DNA of 62,475 nucleotides from a virus (lineage: Duplodnaviria > Caudoviricetes), in the IMG/VR virus record IMGVR_UViG_3300048599_000246, positions 1 to 62,475 of that record; one strand, written 5' to 3'. Positions 38,201 through 47,283 of the stretch are shown piece by piece. The notes below the pieces were generated by a model. That model had not been told where the DNA came from. It searched no databases and saw only the letters and a program-made list of their open reading frames with translations. The position numbers were made by a program, and so were the translations under genes. Each line of letters starts with the position of its first letter. The first letter of the stretch is position 1.

Positions 38201-39713
38201 CGTCGATGTACGCTTTGGTCCAGTCGCTGCCGCGCTGGTCGCCTACTTGGCCGAGCGAGAAGTAGTGATCCGCCGTCGCGGGGAAGACGCCCGAAGACTG
38301 GAGGGCCGGGTCGGGGCCGGTCGAATGGCGAATGCCCTTGGGGTACGGGCCATGCGCGTAGGAACCGTCCAGCGTGTGCTGCGTATAGTCGCCGTGGATG
38401 TGGCTGATGGGACCTTCACAGACGACGCCAAGCCCGATGTAGAAGTCGTTTTCTTCGCGGCCGGCGGCGAGCAGGCAGGGAACCGGCAGCGCAATCCCGG
38501 TGTAGACCTCGGGGATGATTTCCGAATAGATCGAGTCATTGATGAGACTCGTTGAAGTGAGGCGAACGCCGCCCGAGGAGCCGGTGAACTTGATGTTCAC
38601 GCCCTGCGTCTCGGTCTGGATACCGCCAAACGCGCGTTTCGCGTTCGGGCACGCGGTCCCGGAGTGCGCCAGACAACCGTTCGCGGTGTTGTAGCCCTTG
38701 TCACAAGTGGCCGCGTTGGCAGACGCGAAATGAACAAGGTCGAGGCCTGCGGAGTCGCCCTTACAAGCGATACAGCCGGTGGCCGCATTTCCGTAGACCT
38801 TGCCACAGACGCGCGAGGCCTTGCGCATCGGGTACAGCAGTTTCAACTCGTAGGCCGGATCACCAACGACAAGAGAAAACGTGTCGGTTGAAGCGCCGGT
38901 CCAGGTGGTCACGTCGCCGCCCCAGATATCGAGCTTGATCCCGGTGCCGACGTGATACAGCGAGAACGACACGGTAGCGCGGTCGAGGTTGACGGCGTTC
39001 GCTAACGCGGTCATCACGCGATCTGCGTTTCCGAGGCGGAAGGTGGCCGTATCGGAGGATGAGTTTTCCTGGTTCGAGCTAAGGGCCTGCGAAATCCCGT
39101 CCCAGTCAATCAGGCGCGACTGGTAGAGTTGACCGCCAACGGTGCAGCGGCGATCCGACAGATAGATATTGTCGGTGACGGCCGAGTCCTTCACCTTGAT
39201 GTGGACCAGCGGAATAATCTCTTGAGCCTGCCCGGTCATCGCGGAAGCAAGGTCACCGGACGGAAAGCGATCTTGCGTGGAGTTGACGGCGTAGACGGGG
39301 AAGCCGCCCGTCTTGACCTCAACGAGCTTCAAACCGGACGTAGCGAGCGCGTTCGCGGCGTATTCCCAGGAGAGCGCGGCATTCTCAAACGTGACGGTGT
39401 AGGCGGTCGTTCCGGCGCCGCTTTCGTCCGGCCAGTTTAGAACGAACGGCTGGCTGGAACCCTTACGAACTACCCAAAAATCACGCAGGGCGGCGCGGCG
39501 TTTCGGAGTCAAGCGGACGCGAACGCTGAAGACGCGAGCGCCCGAGCCCATGACAAATCGCTGGCTGATCTTGCGATTCGCGGCGCGGTTCTCGATGACG
39601 TGTTCAACGGTGGGGATCTCGTGGACATACGACAGTCCCCATTCCGGAACAAGCGGGAACGTCCCCGAGACGGACACTTCGGGCACAGGGATACTACCGA
39701 GGTAATCAGGCAT
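35280..39713 (-). CDS. Tail tip/central fibre protein (gpJ-like hub)
   Basis: 1477 aa after TMP and Dit; TNPVWI, PLREWLQDILNN motifs. Confidence 0.8.
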   Translation of the reverse strand: MPDYLGSIPVPEVSVSGTFPLVPEWGLSYVHEIPTVEHVIENRAANRKISQRFVMGSGARVFSVRVRLTPKRRAALRDFWVVRKGSSQPFVLNWPDESGAGTTAYTVTFENAALSWEYAANALATSGLKLVEVKTGGFPVYAVNSTQDRFPSGDLASAMTGQAQEIIPLVHIKVKDSAVTDNIYLSDRRCTVGGQLYQSRLIDWDGISQALSSNQENSSSDTATFRLGNADRVMTALANAVNLDRATVSFSLYHVGTGIKLDIWGGDVTTWTGASTDTFSLVVGDPAYELKLLYPMRKASRVCGKVYGNAATGCIACKGDSAGLDLVHFASANAATCDKGYNTANGCLAHSGTACPNAKRAFGGIQTETQGVNIKFTGSSGGVRLTSTSLINDSIYSEIIPEVYTGIALPVPCLLAAGREENDFYIGLGVVCEGPISHIHGDYTQHTLDGSYAHGPYPKGIRHSTGPDPALQSSGVFPATADHYFSLGQVGDQRGSDWTKAYIDGNMYADVFAGGTAFLEIRRSDAAGLQLAEITTHTMVCTVDAGLGGWYWDDTLTRQWAACQTNPVWIAVNAFLRSRGLWRASAADQEAAFVVKACHDAASICNMTVTRIFGTGTETQFVFSGIIRDQKPLREWLQDILNNALGWFTFSNHKLKIGIRENSSAVEAYTTGNIIANSLSLEPFHPAFNRLVGNFSNSEYQVYQSDGTYKSEWKNDNLPIQDEDYALAVAGGSNTPVYTQGEMNFCGASTRSQVARIIITRLREELGGITAAEWAAARKITFKTTILGLHSEVGQCSSLTHPDMPNGTGEFRITSWRLNPDWSVEISGTTTTDSMYDYTIGPKPPDVTPTTVPVEGVTSLVPGDVQPIDGQAFKVTQTNDGTSTTFLVEYDPPATFGVFSGVRALWDQDCDGQIAESWSFDYNGDSTAAAGTTARHGTAKVTVTRTNSEQAGLLYLVPRSRVFTKAVGLAGTSAPSPYRALSVPAVSNVPYPWSPAYAAVKSGDAYPARPAGFGVQVVYDLAADGSGIASVKIKGTEPPTALSSIAAPTVTASAASGGGLEAGTYYVAATALNSGGRTTGLGLPTSVTVSAGQQISCALTWGTGSAGGSLYASRNGANGPWYRQAALTSGQSSASLSTFTTQTEGAPDSRLDHLEVCPFRETKGGIAGQPVEAVTATTIKLQYVTGMATNAYSGRIVSVLRKANDSDDVDFVDFKVASNDSTTLTIGPNSLGVQPPDLATIVGVGDLVFVRMQPTSVTADGFTDALVNSFYPDGMVAGQNEGDFAWVLKGTGAGQLRQIASNTDDSVTLSEKWDVWPDSTSVIVFISQQTTQESGTQALANSAAIVGTVAQPSVVNLSGQTWVIQVLACNSEGSADTVNAPLREIHVAGKSGTEVTIYDDYTQKVSDQNIRCITSSKPIVLQALAKRLWAGRRCTIWKDTTDTNTVTVLPASGEDFDGAPSIVLRLKSDGFTMGSTN

Positions 39714-39722
39714 GGAGAGCGC

Positions 39723-40076
39723 TTATGAGATTTCTATGAGGGACAGGTTCACCTGGCCGCGAGCGACGTTGATCGTCTCCGCCCAGGGCGAATTGAACTG
39801 GACCGGATGTTGAATACCGTCCGGCCCAGTAAAAAAGAACGGGACCGTCGTGCCGTGCGCTTCATAGAACGTCCGGAGCGTCGCGAGTATTGTCGGCCGC
39901 AACTTGAGCGTCACGGAATAGGCCACGCGGTCAGTTGAGACGAGCGCGTTTGACTGAAGCTCGCCATTGCGGTAGCGGGTTTCTTCGACAACCCAGGAAT
40001 GCGATTCGATAACCGAAGCGCAGAGAAGGGAAGGGAAGGAATCCGCTACCGTCGCGACAGCAATAGAACCGGGCAT
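39723..40076 (-). CDS. Distal tail protein (gpM/DUF2460-like)
   Basis: Position after TMP; L.TFYEAHG...PFFF..P. Confidence 0.7.
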   Translation of the reverse strand: MPGSIAVATVADSFPSLLCASVIESHSWVVEETRYRNGELQSNALVSTDRVAYSVTLKLRPTILATLRTFYEAHGTTVPFFFTGPDGIQHPVQFNSPWAETINVARGQVNLSLIEIS

Positions 40077-43000
40077 TACGAGATCACCGTAGAGGGCGAC
40101 AGGGCAGAGGTTCGCAAGCTGTTGCGGCTCTTGCTGGCCGCGAGGCCCTTCGCCGTCACCACTTGGCCGTTGGAAGCCATGATCTGCGCAATTGGCGTGC
40201 TGTCAAGGTTCACGGTGATAGCCTGGTTGCTGCTGCCCCCGCTTGTCGCCCCGAACGTAGTCACGCCGCCGGAATACCCACTCGACGCCGTGGCGAGGCT
40301 GGAAGCGTAAGCGTTCGCCTTGCCGTTCGCGCCGAAGGCGTTTTGGTAGACCGACCCACCGGATTCTGACATCGACGCAGCGCCTACCTGATCCGTCCAG
40401 ATGTTGCTGGTGCCGGACTTGATCGTCTGCGAGTAAAGCTGCACGATGTCTCGAACCTGAGCGGATCGAATCGCCAGGTCCATGTCACCGCCGTAAGACT
40501 GTTTTGCGATCTGGACGATTTGCTGCAAGACGCCCTTGTCTTTGATGTCGACATGGTAGAGCGCCTTGATTTTGTCGTGCGCGTCATCCTGCGGGTTCTT
40601 CCCGCCGAACAACGTTCGCAGTCCGGCGGCCACCAGACCGACGCCGGCGCCGATGGCTGCACCGAGGGGACCGCCGAAGCGGGAGCCCACAATCGCGCCG
40701 CCGCCCGCGGCCATCATCATCCCGCTCAGCCCGCCTCGAGCGATGCCAGCCGCAGCGAGCCCCAGGCCTGCGCCGCCCAACAAGCCCAATTGCGTTCCGT
40801 GGATCATGAGTTGCGAGCCGAGCATCGCGCCGCCGCCGATGGATGACGTAAGATTCCCGGCGCCCTTACCGCCGCCCATGATGCCCTTTAGCATCAAGAG
40901 GCCGCCCGTCGTGGCAAGCATTTGCGGAAGCGCGGCCTGGAGGTTCTTCGCGGACAAACCGCCATTGAGGATCCCGGCCAGGCCGCCCGCCCCTGCGGTC
41001 TGCGACCCACCGCCGCCAAGCGCTGTTCCGCCCGCCGCCTGGCTCATCGGGATGTAACCACCGAGCCCGAGCGAAAGCATCTCGGCACTCGGGGCAGCGG
41101 TCGAACCGCCGCCGGCCGCGGAGAACACATAGGGACTGCCCGTACCGCCGCCCCAGCCGCCTCCGCCGAAGATGCCCCCGCCGCCGGATGAGCCGGAGCC
41201 TCTGCCAGAACCACCAGCGCCGAGCCCCAGGAGCCCGCCCAGGCTGCCGAATAGACTCCCCCCGCCGGATGCACGCCCTCCGCGCGAAGTCGCGCCAGCG
41301 GGCGCGGATTGGCCGTAAAGCAACTGCATGAGCATCGCGGCAATCTGCGAACTCATGATCTCCTTGATTGCCGTAAGCATCGCAACTTTGAAGAAGTTTG
41401 CGATGGAGCCGAGGACGGACTGAGACTTCGTGAACATCGAATCGAGCACGCCTTCGGCGGAAGATTTCAGCGAGTTGAAAGTTGACTGAATTTGATCCCG
41501 GACGACGGACGCCTGTTGAATGGTCCCGGCCATGCGGGCTTTGTCGGCGTCGGCGTCGGCCTTGTCTTCGACGGCCTGTTTCTCGACGCGGCGCGCTTCG
41601 TTGATGGCATCAAGCCGGGCGTCAAGTTCCGCGGACATCTCGGGGCGGGCGATCCGGAGCCAGGCCAGATACTCGGTTTCGGCGTTCTTGCGCCGGTCGA
41701 TAGCAGCGATCTGAAGTTCTTCCTCCTTCCGGATGGCCTCGACTTCGATCTGCACTTCCTGGCCGGCGACGGCGAGTTTTTGCTGCACCGTGGTAGCGTT
41801 CACAAGCTGAAGCGATTGGAGGCGGGCGTCCTTCTCGCGCTGGACAGCGGAGATTTGCTCCGCGTACACCTTCTCGGCGGTTTCGTCTTCGAGCTTCAGC
41901 GTGTCGTCCTTGTAGTCACGAGACGCTTGCCACTGTTCCTCTGCCCGCTTTTCGGTGGACTCAAACCAGATGGTTTGCCCCTGCCGCTGATCGCCCCGTT
42001 TGTTGCTTACTGGCAGCGAGACGACGGACGCCTTGAATTCCGTGTTGCCGTAGATTTTGTTCAGTTCTTCGGCCACCTTCGGAAGCTCCTGCCTGGCCTT
42101 GACGATTTCCTTGTCGAGCAGGTGCGCGGTCGCGGCGTCGATTTCGCGGACGGCCTTCGTGGTCTTGCCGTACAGTTCCAGCATCTTCGTGCGGTCGATG
42201 AGCACCTTCGCGATACCGGAACTTTCTTGCGCCAACGAGTTCATGTAATACTCGTGCGCGGACTTCTCGGCGGACGCGATCTTCGCCGCGGCCTCTTGCT
42301 CCTTTTTCAGTTGCCCCGGAGTCTTGACGTGCGCGTGGTCGCCGGGGAACTCAGCAACGATCGGTTTGTCACCCTCGGTCCCCATGAGCCGGTTCCAGGA
42401 GGCCCCGTTCGCGTCGGCCACTTGACTACTGAAAATCCGTTGAATCTCGGCCTGGTTGAACCCGGACTTTTCGAGCTCGCCTTTCGATGCGCCGCGGCGC
42501 ATCATCCCCAGGAGTTGCTGTTTCTTCTGCGCTTCAGCGACGGCGGCGTCCTGTTCACCCATTTTCTGGTAGCCCTGCCATACCAGGGTTCCCACGATGG
42601 CGGTGCCCATTATGGCTGCCGTGATCGGGTTCGCGGCAAGCGTGGTAATGAGGATCCTCAGGGCGTTCGTTACCAGTGTGATGTGGCTGAGGAGTTGACT
42701 CGTCACGAAGATCGCGGCAAGTTCGCCGACCATCTTCCCGACAAGCTGCAAGGATTCGGCGTGCCGGTTCGTCCAGTTGACGGCATCGCGCATGTCGGAG
42801 ATGAACGACTCCAGCGTCGGCTGCAATGTTTCGCCGATCTGCTCCTGAAGTTCATGGAACTCGCGTTTCAGCGCGCCGGTCTGCGCTTCGGCCTTGTTGG
42901 CCTGGGAATTCCATGCGCCGGAGACGGTAGAGGCTTTGTCGAGCACCAGGTTGAAACGGAGTTGCGCCTTCTCGGTATCGGTGAGTTGGTAACCGAGTTT

Positions 43001-43594
43001 CTTTTCCGTCGCTGCGACTTTCTCGGTGAAGTTGACGTGGAGGTTGGCCTGCCGGAGCATCCTCTCCGTGCCAAACTCGGCAGAATTCACCATGACCTCG
43101 AACGCTTGGCCCGCGGTGAGGTCGGATTGTGCGGAGAGGTCCTTCGCCATTTTGGCGGCCACGATGGCTTTGCGTAGATCGAACTGCGAAACAATCATCC
43201 GCTGCACGACCCGCATTGCGTCTTCGTTGGAGTAGCCGAGATCATGAACGGCCTTGACCTGGGCCATCACGGCGTCGGTATTCAACCCGTTTGATCTCGC
43301 CATGCTGCGCGTGACAGCGTCCATCTTGTCAACGGACGCACCGGCCTGAAGACTTTGCATTGCCATCTGCTTCATCCACCCGAGAGCGCCTTCGATGGCA
43401 TTGGAAAGCAGGTTTGCACTGGTTACTCCGGCGGTGAGTCCGGGGAGTATGCCGTCCATGCCGCGGTTGATCTGCCCCGATGCCTTGTCGGCGGAGTCGC
43501 CCATCCGGTCGAAGTTCTTTTCGGTGCGTTCCTGGCGCTGGTTTGCCTCGTCGCTGTCGAGAACGATTCGATAGGTGATTCGCTGATCCGGCAT
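40076..43594 (-). CDS. Tape measure protein
   Basis: 1172 aa helical/coiled-coil with Gly-rich C-terminal region; follows the chaperones. Confidence 0.9.
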   Translation of the reverse strand: MPDQRITYRIVLDSDEANQRQERTEKNFDRMGDSADKASGQINRGMDGILPGLTAGVTSANLLSNAIEGALGWMKQMAMQSLQAGASVDKMDAVTRSMARSNGLNTDAVMAQVKAVHDLGYSNEDAMRVVQRMIVSQFDLRKAIVAAKMAKDLSAQSDLTAGQAFEVMVNSAEFGTERMLRQANLHVNFTEKVAATEKKLGYQLTDTEKAQLRFNLVLDKASTVSGAWNSQANKAEAQTGALKREFHELQEQIGETLQPTLESFISDMRDAVNWTNRHAESLQLVGKMVGELAAIFVTSQLLSHITLVTNALRILITTLAANPITAAIMGTAIVGTLVWQGYQKMGEQDAAVAEAQKKQQLLGMMRRGASKGELEKSGFNQAEIQRIFSSQVADANGASWNRLMGTEGDKPIVAEFPGDHAHVKTPGQLKKEQEAAAKIASAEKSAHEYYMNSLAQESSGIAKVLIDRTKMLELYGKTTKAVREIDAATAHLLDKEIVKARQELPKVAEELNKIYGNTEFKASVVSLPVSNKRGDQRQGQTIWFESTEKRAEEQWQASRDYKDDTLKLEDETAEKVYAEQISAVQREKDARLQSLQLVNATTVQQKLAVAGQEVQIEVEAIRKEEELQIAAIDRRKNAETEYLAWLRIARPEMSAELDARLDAINEARRVEKQAVEDKADADADKARMAGTIQQASVVRDQIQSTFNSLKSSAEGVLDSMFTKSQSVLGSIANFFKVAMLTAIKEIMSSQIAAMLMQLLYGQSAPAGATSRGGRASGGGSLFGSLGGLLGLGAGGSGRGSGSSGGGGIFGGGGWGGGTGSPYVFSAAGGGSTAAPSAEMLSLGLGGYIPMSQAAGGTALGGGGSQTAGAGGLAGILNGGLSAKNLQAALPQMLATTGGLLMLKGIMGGGKGAGNLTSSIGGGAMLGSQLMIHGTQLGLLGGAGLGLAAAGIARGGLSGMMMAAGGGAIVGSRFGGPLGAAIGAGVGLVAAGLRTLFGGKNPQDDAHDKIKALYHVDIKDKGVLQQIVQIAKQSYGGDMDLAIRSAQVRDIVQLYSQTIKSGTSNIWTDQVGAASMSESGGSVYQNAFGANGKANAYASSLATASSGYSGGVTTFGATSGGSSNQAITVNLDSTPIAQIMASNGQVVTAKGLAASKSRNSLRTSALSPSTVIS

Positions 43595-43615
43595 GGCGTT
43601 ATAATCCCCTCTGGA

Positions 43616-44104
43616 ATGGCTATTACGTGCAAGTCTTGCGGGCTGATTCGGCCCGATTCACAAACGGTCTGCGATTGTCAGGCGGCTGAGCCCAGACCCG
43701 AGATGAGCGCGGAAGCGAAAAAGAAGAACAGAACCCGACTGACGATCATCTGGGCGGTTCTATTGGTGTTGCTGTGGAACTATCACGAATACGTTTCGCC
43801 GAAGCCCAAACACGAACCCGATTGGGCCTACGCCGTGAAAGAGAGCGAACACCCGAATACTTACAGGTCGCTCAAGGCCGGGGTATGCGCGGCGGACAAG
43901 GAGAGCGCGGAAGCGTGGAGCGCCGCCCTTTCAAGGGACGACGGCCCGGCCCGTGGCGCTCTCCTGCGAGCGGGGAAGGTGCAACCCTTCCAGGTGGGCC
44001 TCCGGTATCGTGCAGCGAGCACGGGGGCTTTCTGGGCGACCATCGAAACGACGACCGGCGCTCAGTGCGTCGTGCCCGCCGAGTATGTCACGAAGTCGGA
44101 GTAG
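43616..44104 (+). CDS. Antisense-inserted membrane protein (moron; superinfection-exclusion candidate)
   Basis: N-terminal CKSC...CDC, one TM; TATAAT at 43600-43605. Confidence 0.6.
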   Translation: MAITCKSCGLIRPDSQTVCDCQAAEPRPEMSAEAKKKNRTRLTIIWAVLLVLLWNYHEYVSPKPKHEPDWAYAVKESEHPNTYRSLKAGVCAADKESAEAWSAALSRDDGPARGALLRAGKVQPFQVGLRYRAASTGAFWATIETTTGAQCVVPAEYVTKSE

Positions 44105-44471
44105 CGGGCATCTGCTCGCGCTCCCACTTGTCGCGTTCCTCGCGGACGATCCGGAGCGCGTTGAATTCCTCCATGTTCAGCACGGGAAGCTGGTCCCCGA
44201 GATGGAAGCGGAGCGCGCAGTCAATTTCTGATACGCGCGTCAAGAGGAACCCGGCGGCCGAATTCTGGATCGCAGCGTCGAGCGAGTTCAGCGGGCAATG
44301 GTCACACCGCATGATGTCGCCGTGCGCGTCCCGGAGCGCATGCCCCTCCCCGTCGTCGGGCGTGTCGGGGCACATCTCTGGATCGCACAATTCCTTCCGC
44401 CGGAAGTTCCAGTAAGCGAGAAAGCGGATTGTCGGCGGGTCCGGTATTACGAGCCCGCCTTCTGAAAACCC
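44088..44471 (-). CDS. Tail assembly chaperone T part (expressed by -1 frameshift)
   Basis: The -1 frame is open from the slippery site G_GGT_TTT through to 44088. Confidence 0.75.
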   Translation of the reverse strand, partial: GFSEGGLVIPDPPTIRFLAYWNFRRKELCDPEMCPDTPDDGEGHALRDAHGDIMRCDHCPLNSLDAAIQNSAAGFLLTRVSEIDCALRFHLGDQLPVLNMEEFNALRIVREERDKWEREQMPATPTS

Positions 44472-45085
44472 TCCTCGTCTTCAACGCTGCCAGTGTCGTT
44501 CTGCGCGTCCGAGAGTTGGATCAACTCGGTGATGACGGGCGCCTTGTGGACGGGCGGGATTTCCGTACCGTCGCTGTACCCCTCGGTGCTCTTAACGAGT
44601 TTGTCGTAGAGTTCGACGGCGGCCGTAATGTGGTAGCGCAACTCCTGCTGACCGTAGGGAAGGTCTACGACGGAGACGACGCCGCGGCGGTACTCGGCCA
44701 TCTCGCGGAGCGTCGGGATGCGCAGGTGGTGAACGGTTTCGCCCTCCATCTGACCGAAGTAACGCCACTTCAGAGTGATGGCATAGCCGTCGCCCTCGCG
44801 TTCCGCCGTGATGACGGACGCGCTCTGAAGAATCCCAATGAAGCGTTCGGCCTCGTATTCGTCCATCTCGTCGCCGGAAACCTGGATCTTCTTAAAGAGT
44901 TCGGAGTCGGCCTTCGGGTTGCGGGAGATGTCGTTCCGCGTGCGCCGGCAGCCGAGGTCCTTTCGGATTGACTTCTGCGTGCGCATCCGTTCGAGCCATT
45001 CATCGGCGGTCGGCATACGAACCACGGCCTCTTTGGGCGGGTTCTGAACTGCAAGCGTGATTTCTTTTACGGCTCCGTAGAGCAT
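44447..45085 (-). CDS. Tail assembly chaperone (gpG-like)
   Basis: Between tail tube and TMP; slippery site present. Confidence 0.75.
   Translation of the reverse strand: MLYGAVKEITLAVQNPPKEAVVRMPTADEWLERMRTQKSIRKDLGCRRTRNDISRNPKADSELFKKIQVSGDEMDEYEAERFIGILQSASVITAEREGDGYAITLKWRYFGQMEGETVHHLRIPTLREMAEYRRGVVSVVDLPYGQQELRYHITAAVELYDKLVKSTEGYSDGTEIPPVHKAPVITELIQLSDAQNDTGSVEDEEGFQKAGS
44465..44471 (-). other. Programmed -1 ribosomal frameshift heptamer GGGTTTT
   Basis: In-frame X_XXY_YYZ near the end of the chaperone, followed by a ggcggg/cccgcc stem. Confidence 0.75.
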
Positions 45086-45151
45086 TGATCGTCTCCTATG
45101 AAAAGTGGGATGGGCGGCGCAGTCGCGAGGGCCGCGCCGCGGTTGTGGTTG

Positions 45152-46204
45152 TTACGCTGCGGTGACGCAGATTCCGTTGACGCCCGTCTTGACGACAGCG
45201 GTAAACGGCGTTTTGGTCGTGTCGTCGTACTCAATGGCACAATCGACGTTGACCGTAACGATGTTGCTGGAGTCCGCTTCGTCCACGGTCTTGAAAGCGA
45301 CCTTGGGGTAGGTAAGCAGAAGCGAGTTGTCGGCGCCATTGGAAACGCCGAGAGTCACCGCCCCGGTCGTCTGCGCCTTAAGCGAGGCGTACTCACTGGA
45401 GTTCTTGTTCAGACGGGCGCTGAACTTCAGCGACGGCGCGCGGGTGCCGATTTCAAGCCGGCCACGGATGGCGCCCGAAGTGGCGTCAGCGGTGGTCTGG
45501 AAGCCGGAGCCGGGGAAGAAACCGGCGTTCGCGTCAACGTTGTTGGTGAACCCGGCGGTGACGTTAAGGATGGTCTTATCGGCCACGTAGTCGTGACCGT
45601 TGACTACGAGCGTCATGCTGGAGCCCGGCAACGCGACCTCCGGCGTAAGCGAAGGCAACACGATGGCGGAAGGTTCGATGACCTTGCCGGAACCGATGAT
45701 TTCCGCGGTGAGCGTCGCATTCGAGCGACCCGGCCCGGAGATGAGCGCCAACTCAAAACTGTTGATGACACAGCCGGACATCAGGCGGTCGATGATCTTG
45801 TTGGCGCCAGGGCGCAACTGCTCGATGTACGAGAAGTACGGCAGTTCAAGCTCGCTGGCGGCCGTCGACGGATCCAGCGGTTTGCAGGTGTAGGTATACG
45901 GCGCGGCGGTCCCGGTAGCGGTCACGTCGCCCAGGCAGAACGCCATTACCCAGGCTGCAAACTGGGAACTCAGGTACTTTTCGATCTTGAACGGGCCAAC
46001 GTCCCAGTGACTCGGATACGTTGCGGTCGCAAACTCGTGGCCCTTGCCGATCTCGGAGGCGTCGTCCTCAGCGTTCAGCTTCGGGCTGGCGAGGTCGGTA
46101 TTGAGCTTGTTCAACCGCCAGATTTCCGCGAGCGTGTTGGCCGTCGCGATGTCGGCCTGCTTCGTCTTCCCGAAGCCCACCAGTAGTTCGTTGATTCTCG
46201 CCAT
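45152..46204 (-). CDS. Major tail tube protein
   Basis: 350 aa, beta-rich; position before the chaperones. Confidence 0.8.
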   Translation of the reverse strand: MARINELLVGFGKTKQADIATANTLAEIWRLNKLNTDLASPKLNAEDDASEIGKGHEFATATYPSHWDVGPFKIEKYLSSQFAAWVMAFCLGDVTATGTAAPYTYTCKPLDPSTAASELELPYFSYIEQLRPGANKIIDRLMSGCVINSFELALISGPGRSNATLTAEIIGSGKVIEPSAIVLPSLTPEVALPGSSMTLVVNGHDYVADKTILNVTAGFTNNVDANAGFFPGSGFQTTADATSGAIRGRLEIGTRAPSLKFSARLNKNSSEYASLKAQTTGAVTLGVSNGADNSLLLTYPKVAFKTVDEADSSNIVTVNVDCAIEYDDTTKTPFTAVVKTGVNGICVTAA

Positions 46205-46209
46205 GCTTG

Positions 46210-46671
46210 TTATCCCCCGATCTCGGAAAGGTCAAAACGGACGTACCAATATTCCAGGCCGTCGTCTGCTACGGCCCGCTCTAAACTCACGTTTTCCATT
46301 GGGTCAAAGTTGTCGTGTATCGACGTGTCGAAGAAGCGGACTTCATCCTCTCCAGAAACGCCTTCCACGAAGTGGTGAAAGATCGTGCTGTAGGTGGTGA
46401 TCTCGCCGTAGTCCTCCGTGGCAGCTTCCGCGCGCAAGTAGAGCGCGAAGTGCCAGCGCCAGCGGGTGTCAACGGTGATGTTCTGGAGGGTCAGGAGCAT
46501 CGACGGCGCGTGCATCTGCTTGATGGCGTCGTCTATGCCGCGGGCCGGCGGCGAGCCCGTCTCGCCATAGGCGTAGATCGCGCTCGAGTTCTCGCCCATG
46601 TCGGTTACCAGGTCTGGGACGGCGCGCAACTTCGCGATAATGGCGTCGATGAGTTCTTGCGGTTCCGTCAT
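46210..46671 (-). CDS. Tail completion/terminator-like protein
   Basis: Position and size. Confidence 0.55.
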   Translation of the reverse strand: MTEPQELIDAIIAKLRAVPDLVTDMGENSSAIYAYGETGSPPARGIDDAIKQMHAPSMLLTLQNITVDTRWRWHFALYLRAEAATEDYGEITTYSTIFHHFVEGVSGEDEVRFFDTSIHDNFDPMENVSLERAVADDGLEYWYVRFDLSEIGG

Positions 46672-46674
46672 GGT

Positions 46675-47085
46675 CTAGCCCCTCTCGATTCGCGCGTGGC
46701 CGTAGGCGCGCGTGTTGTTGTCTGGCGACACGTCGGGTTCCTCGTAGTCGAGGGCGATTCCGTCCATTTCTTCCTGGAAGGTCTGCTCGTAGTAAGCGGC
46801 CTTCTCGGCGGCCACGGCGTCATTGCGCCAAGCCATGTCCCGGAAGATGAGGGAGAGTTCGAGGAGCGCGGCGGCGTCGGCGAGTTGCGTAGGGGCCTGG
46901 AGGCCGTCAAGATCCATGTTGCGCGCGCGGAGAAGGTTAGCGATGCGGTGCTTTGCGATATCGCGCTTGCCGTCGTAGCAGGATTTACCGGAAGGCCCTA
47001 CGATCTTTTTTGCGAGGTCCGGCATCCGGCTTTCGTACCGGGTCAGGTCGGAATCCTGCGCGAGTGTCGCGGTGCTCCAGTCCAT
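46675..47085 (-). CDS. Head-tail adaptor-like protein
   Basis: Position after the capsid gene; helical. Confidence 0.55.
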   Translation of the reverse strand: MDWSTATLAQDSDLTRYESRMPDLAKKIVGPSGKSCYDGKRDIAKHRIANLLRARNMDLDGLQAPTQLADAAALLELSLIFRDMAWRNDAVAAEKAAYYEQTFQEEMDGIALDYEEPDVSPDNNTRAYGHARIERG

Positions 47086-47283
47086 CGGTTACCTCCTTCG
47101 TGGGTTGTGCCGGCGGCGCGGAGAGCATCCAGCCCTGCGAGCGGCGCCAGGCTTCATGTAGGCGTGGAACCCGCTGTGGCGTGATATCACCGGGCGGGTG
47201 CATCCAAATAAAAGCGTTCATCGGTAGTGGGTGGGCGGGGCCGCCCGCGAAAGAGAGCGGCCCCAGTGCGAAAACGGCGAGGG

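Noticed and set aside
41492-43177. Long antisense ORFs (e.g. 41492-43177, 47227-48429, 45098-46186, 3519-4692)
   Set aside because: Shadow frames of real genes in high-GC DNA, with no recognisable motifs
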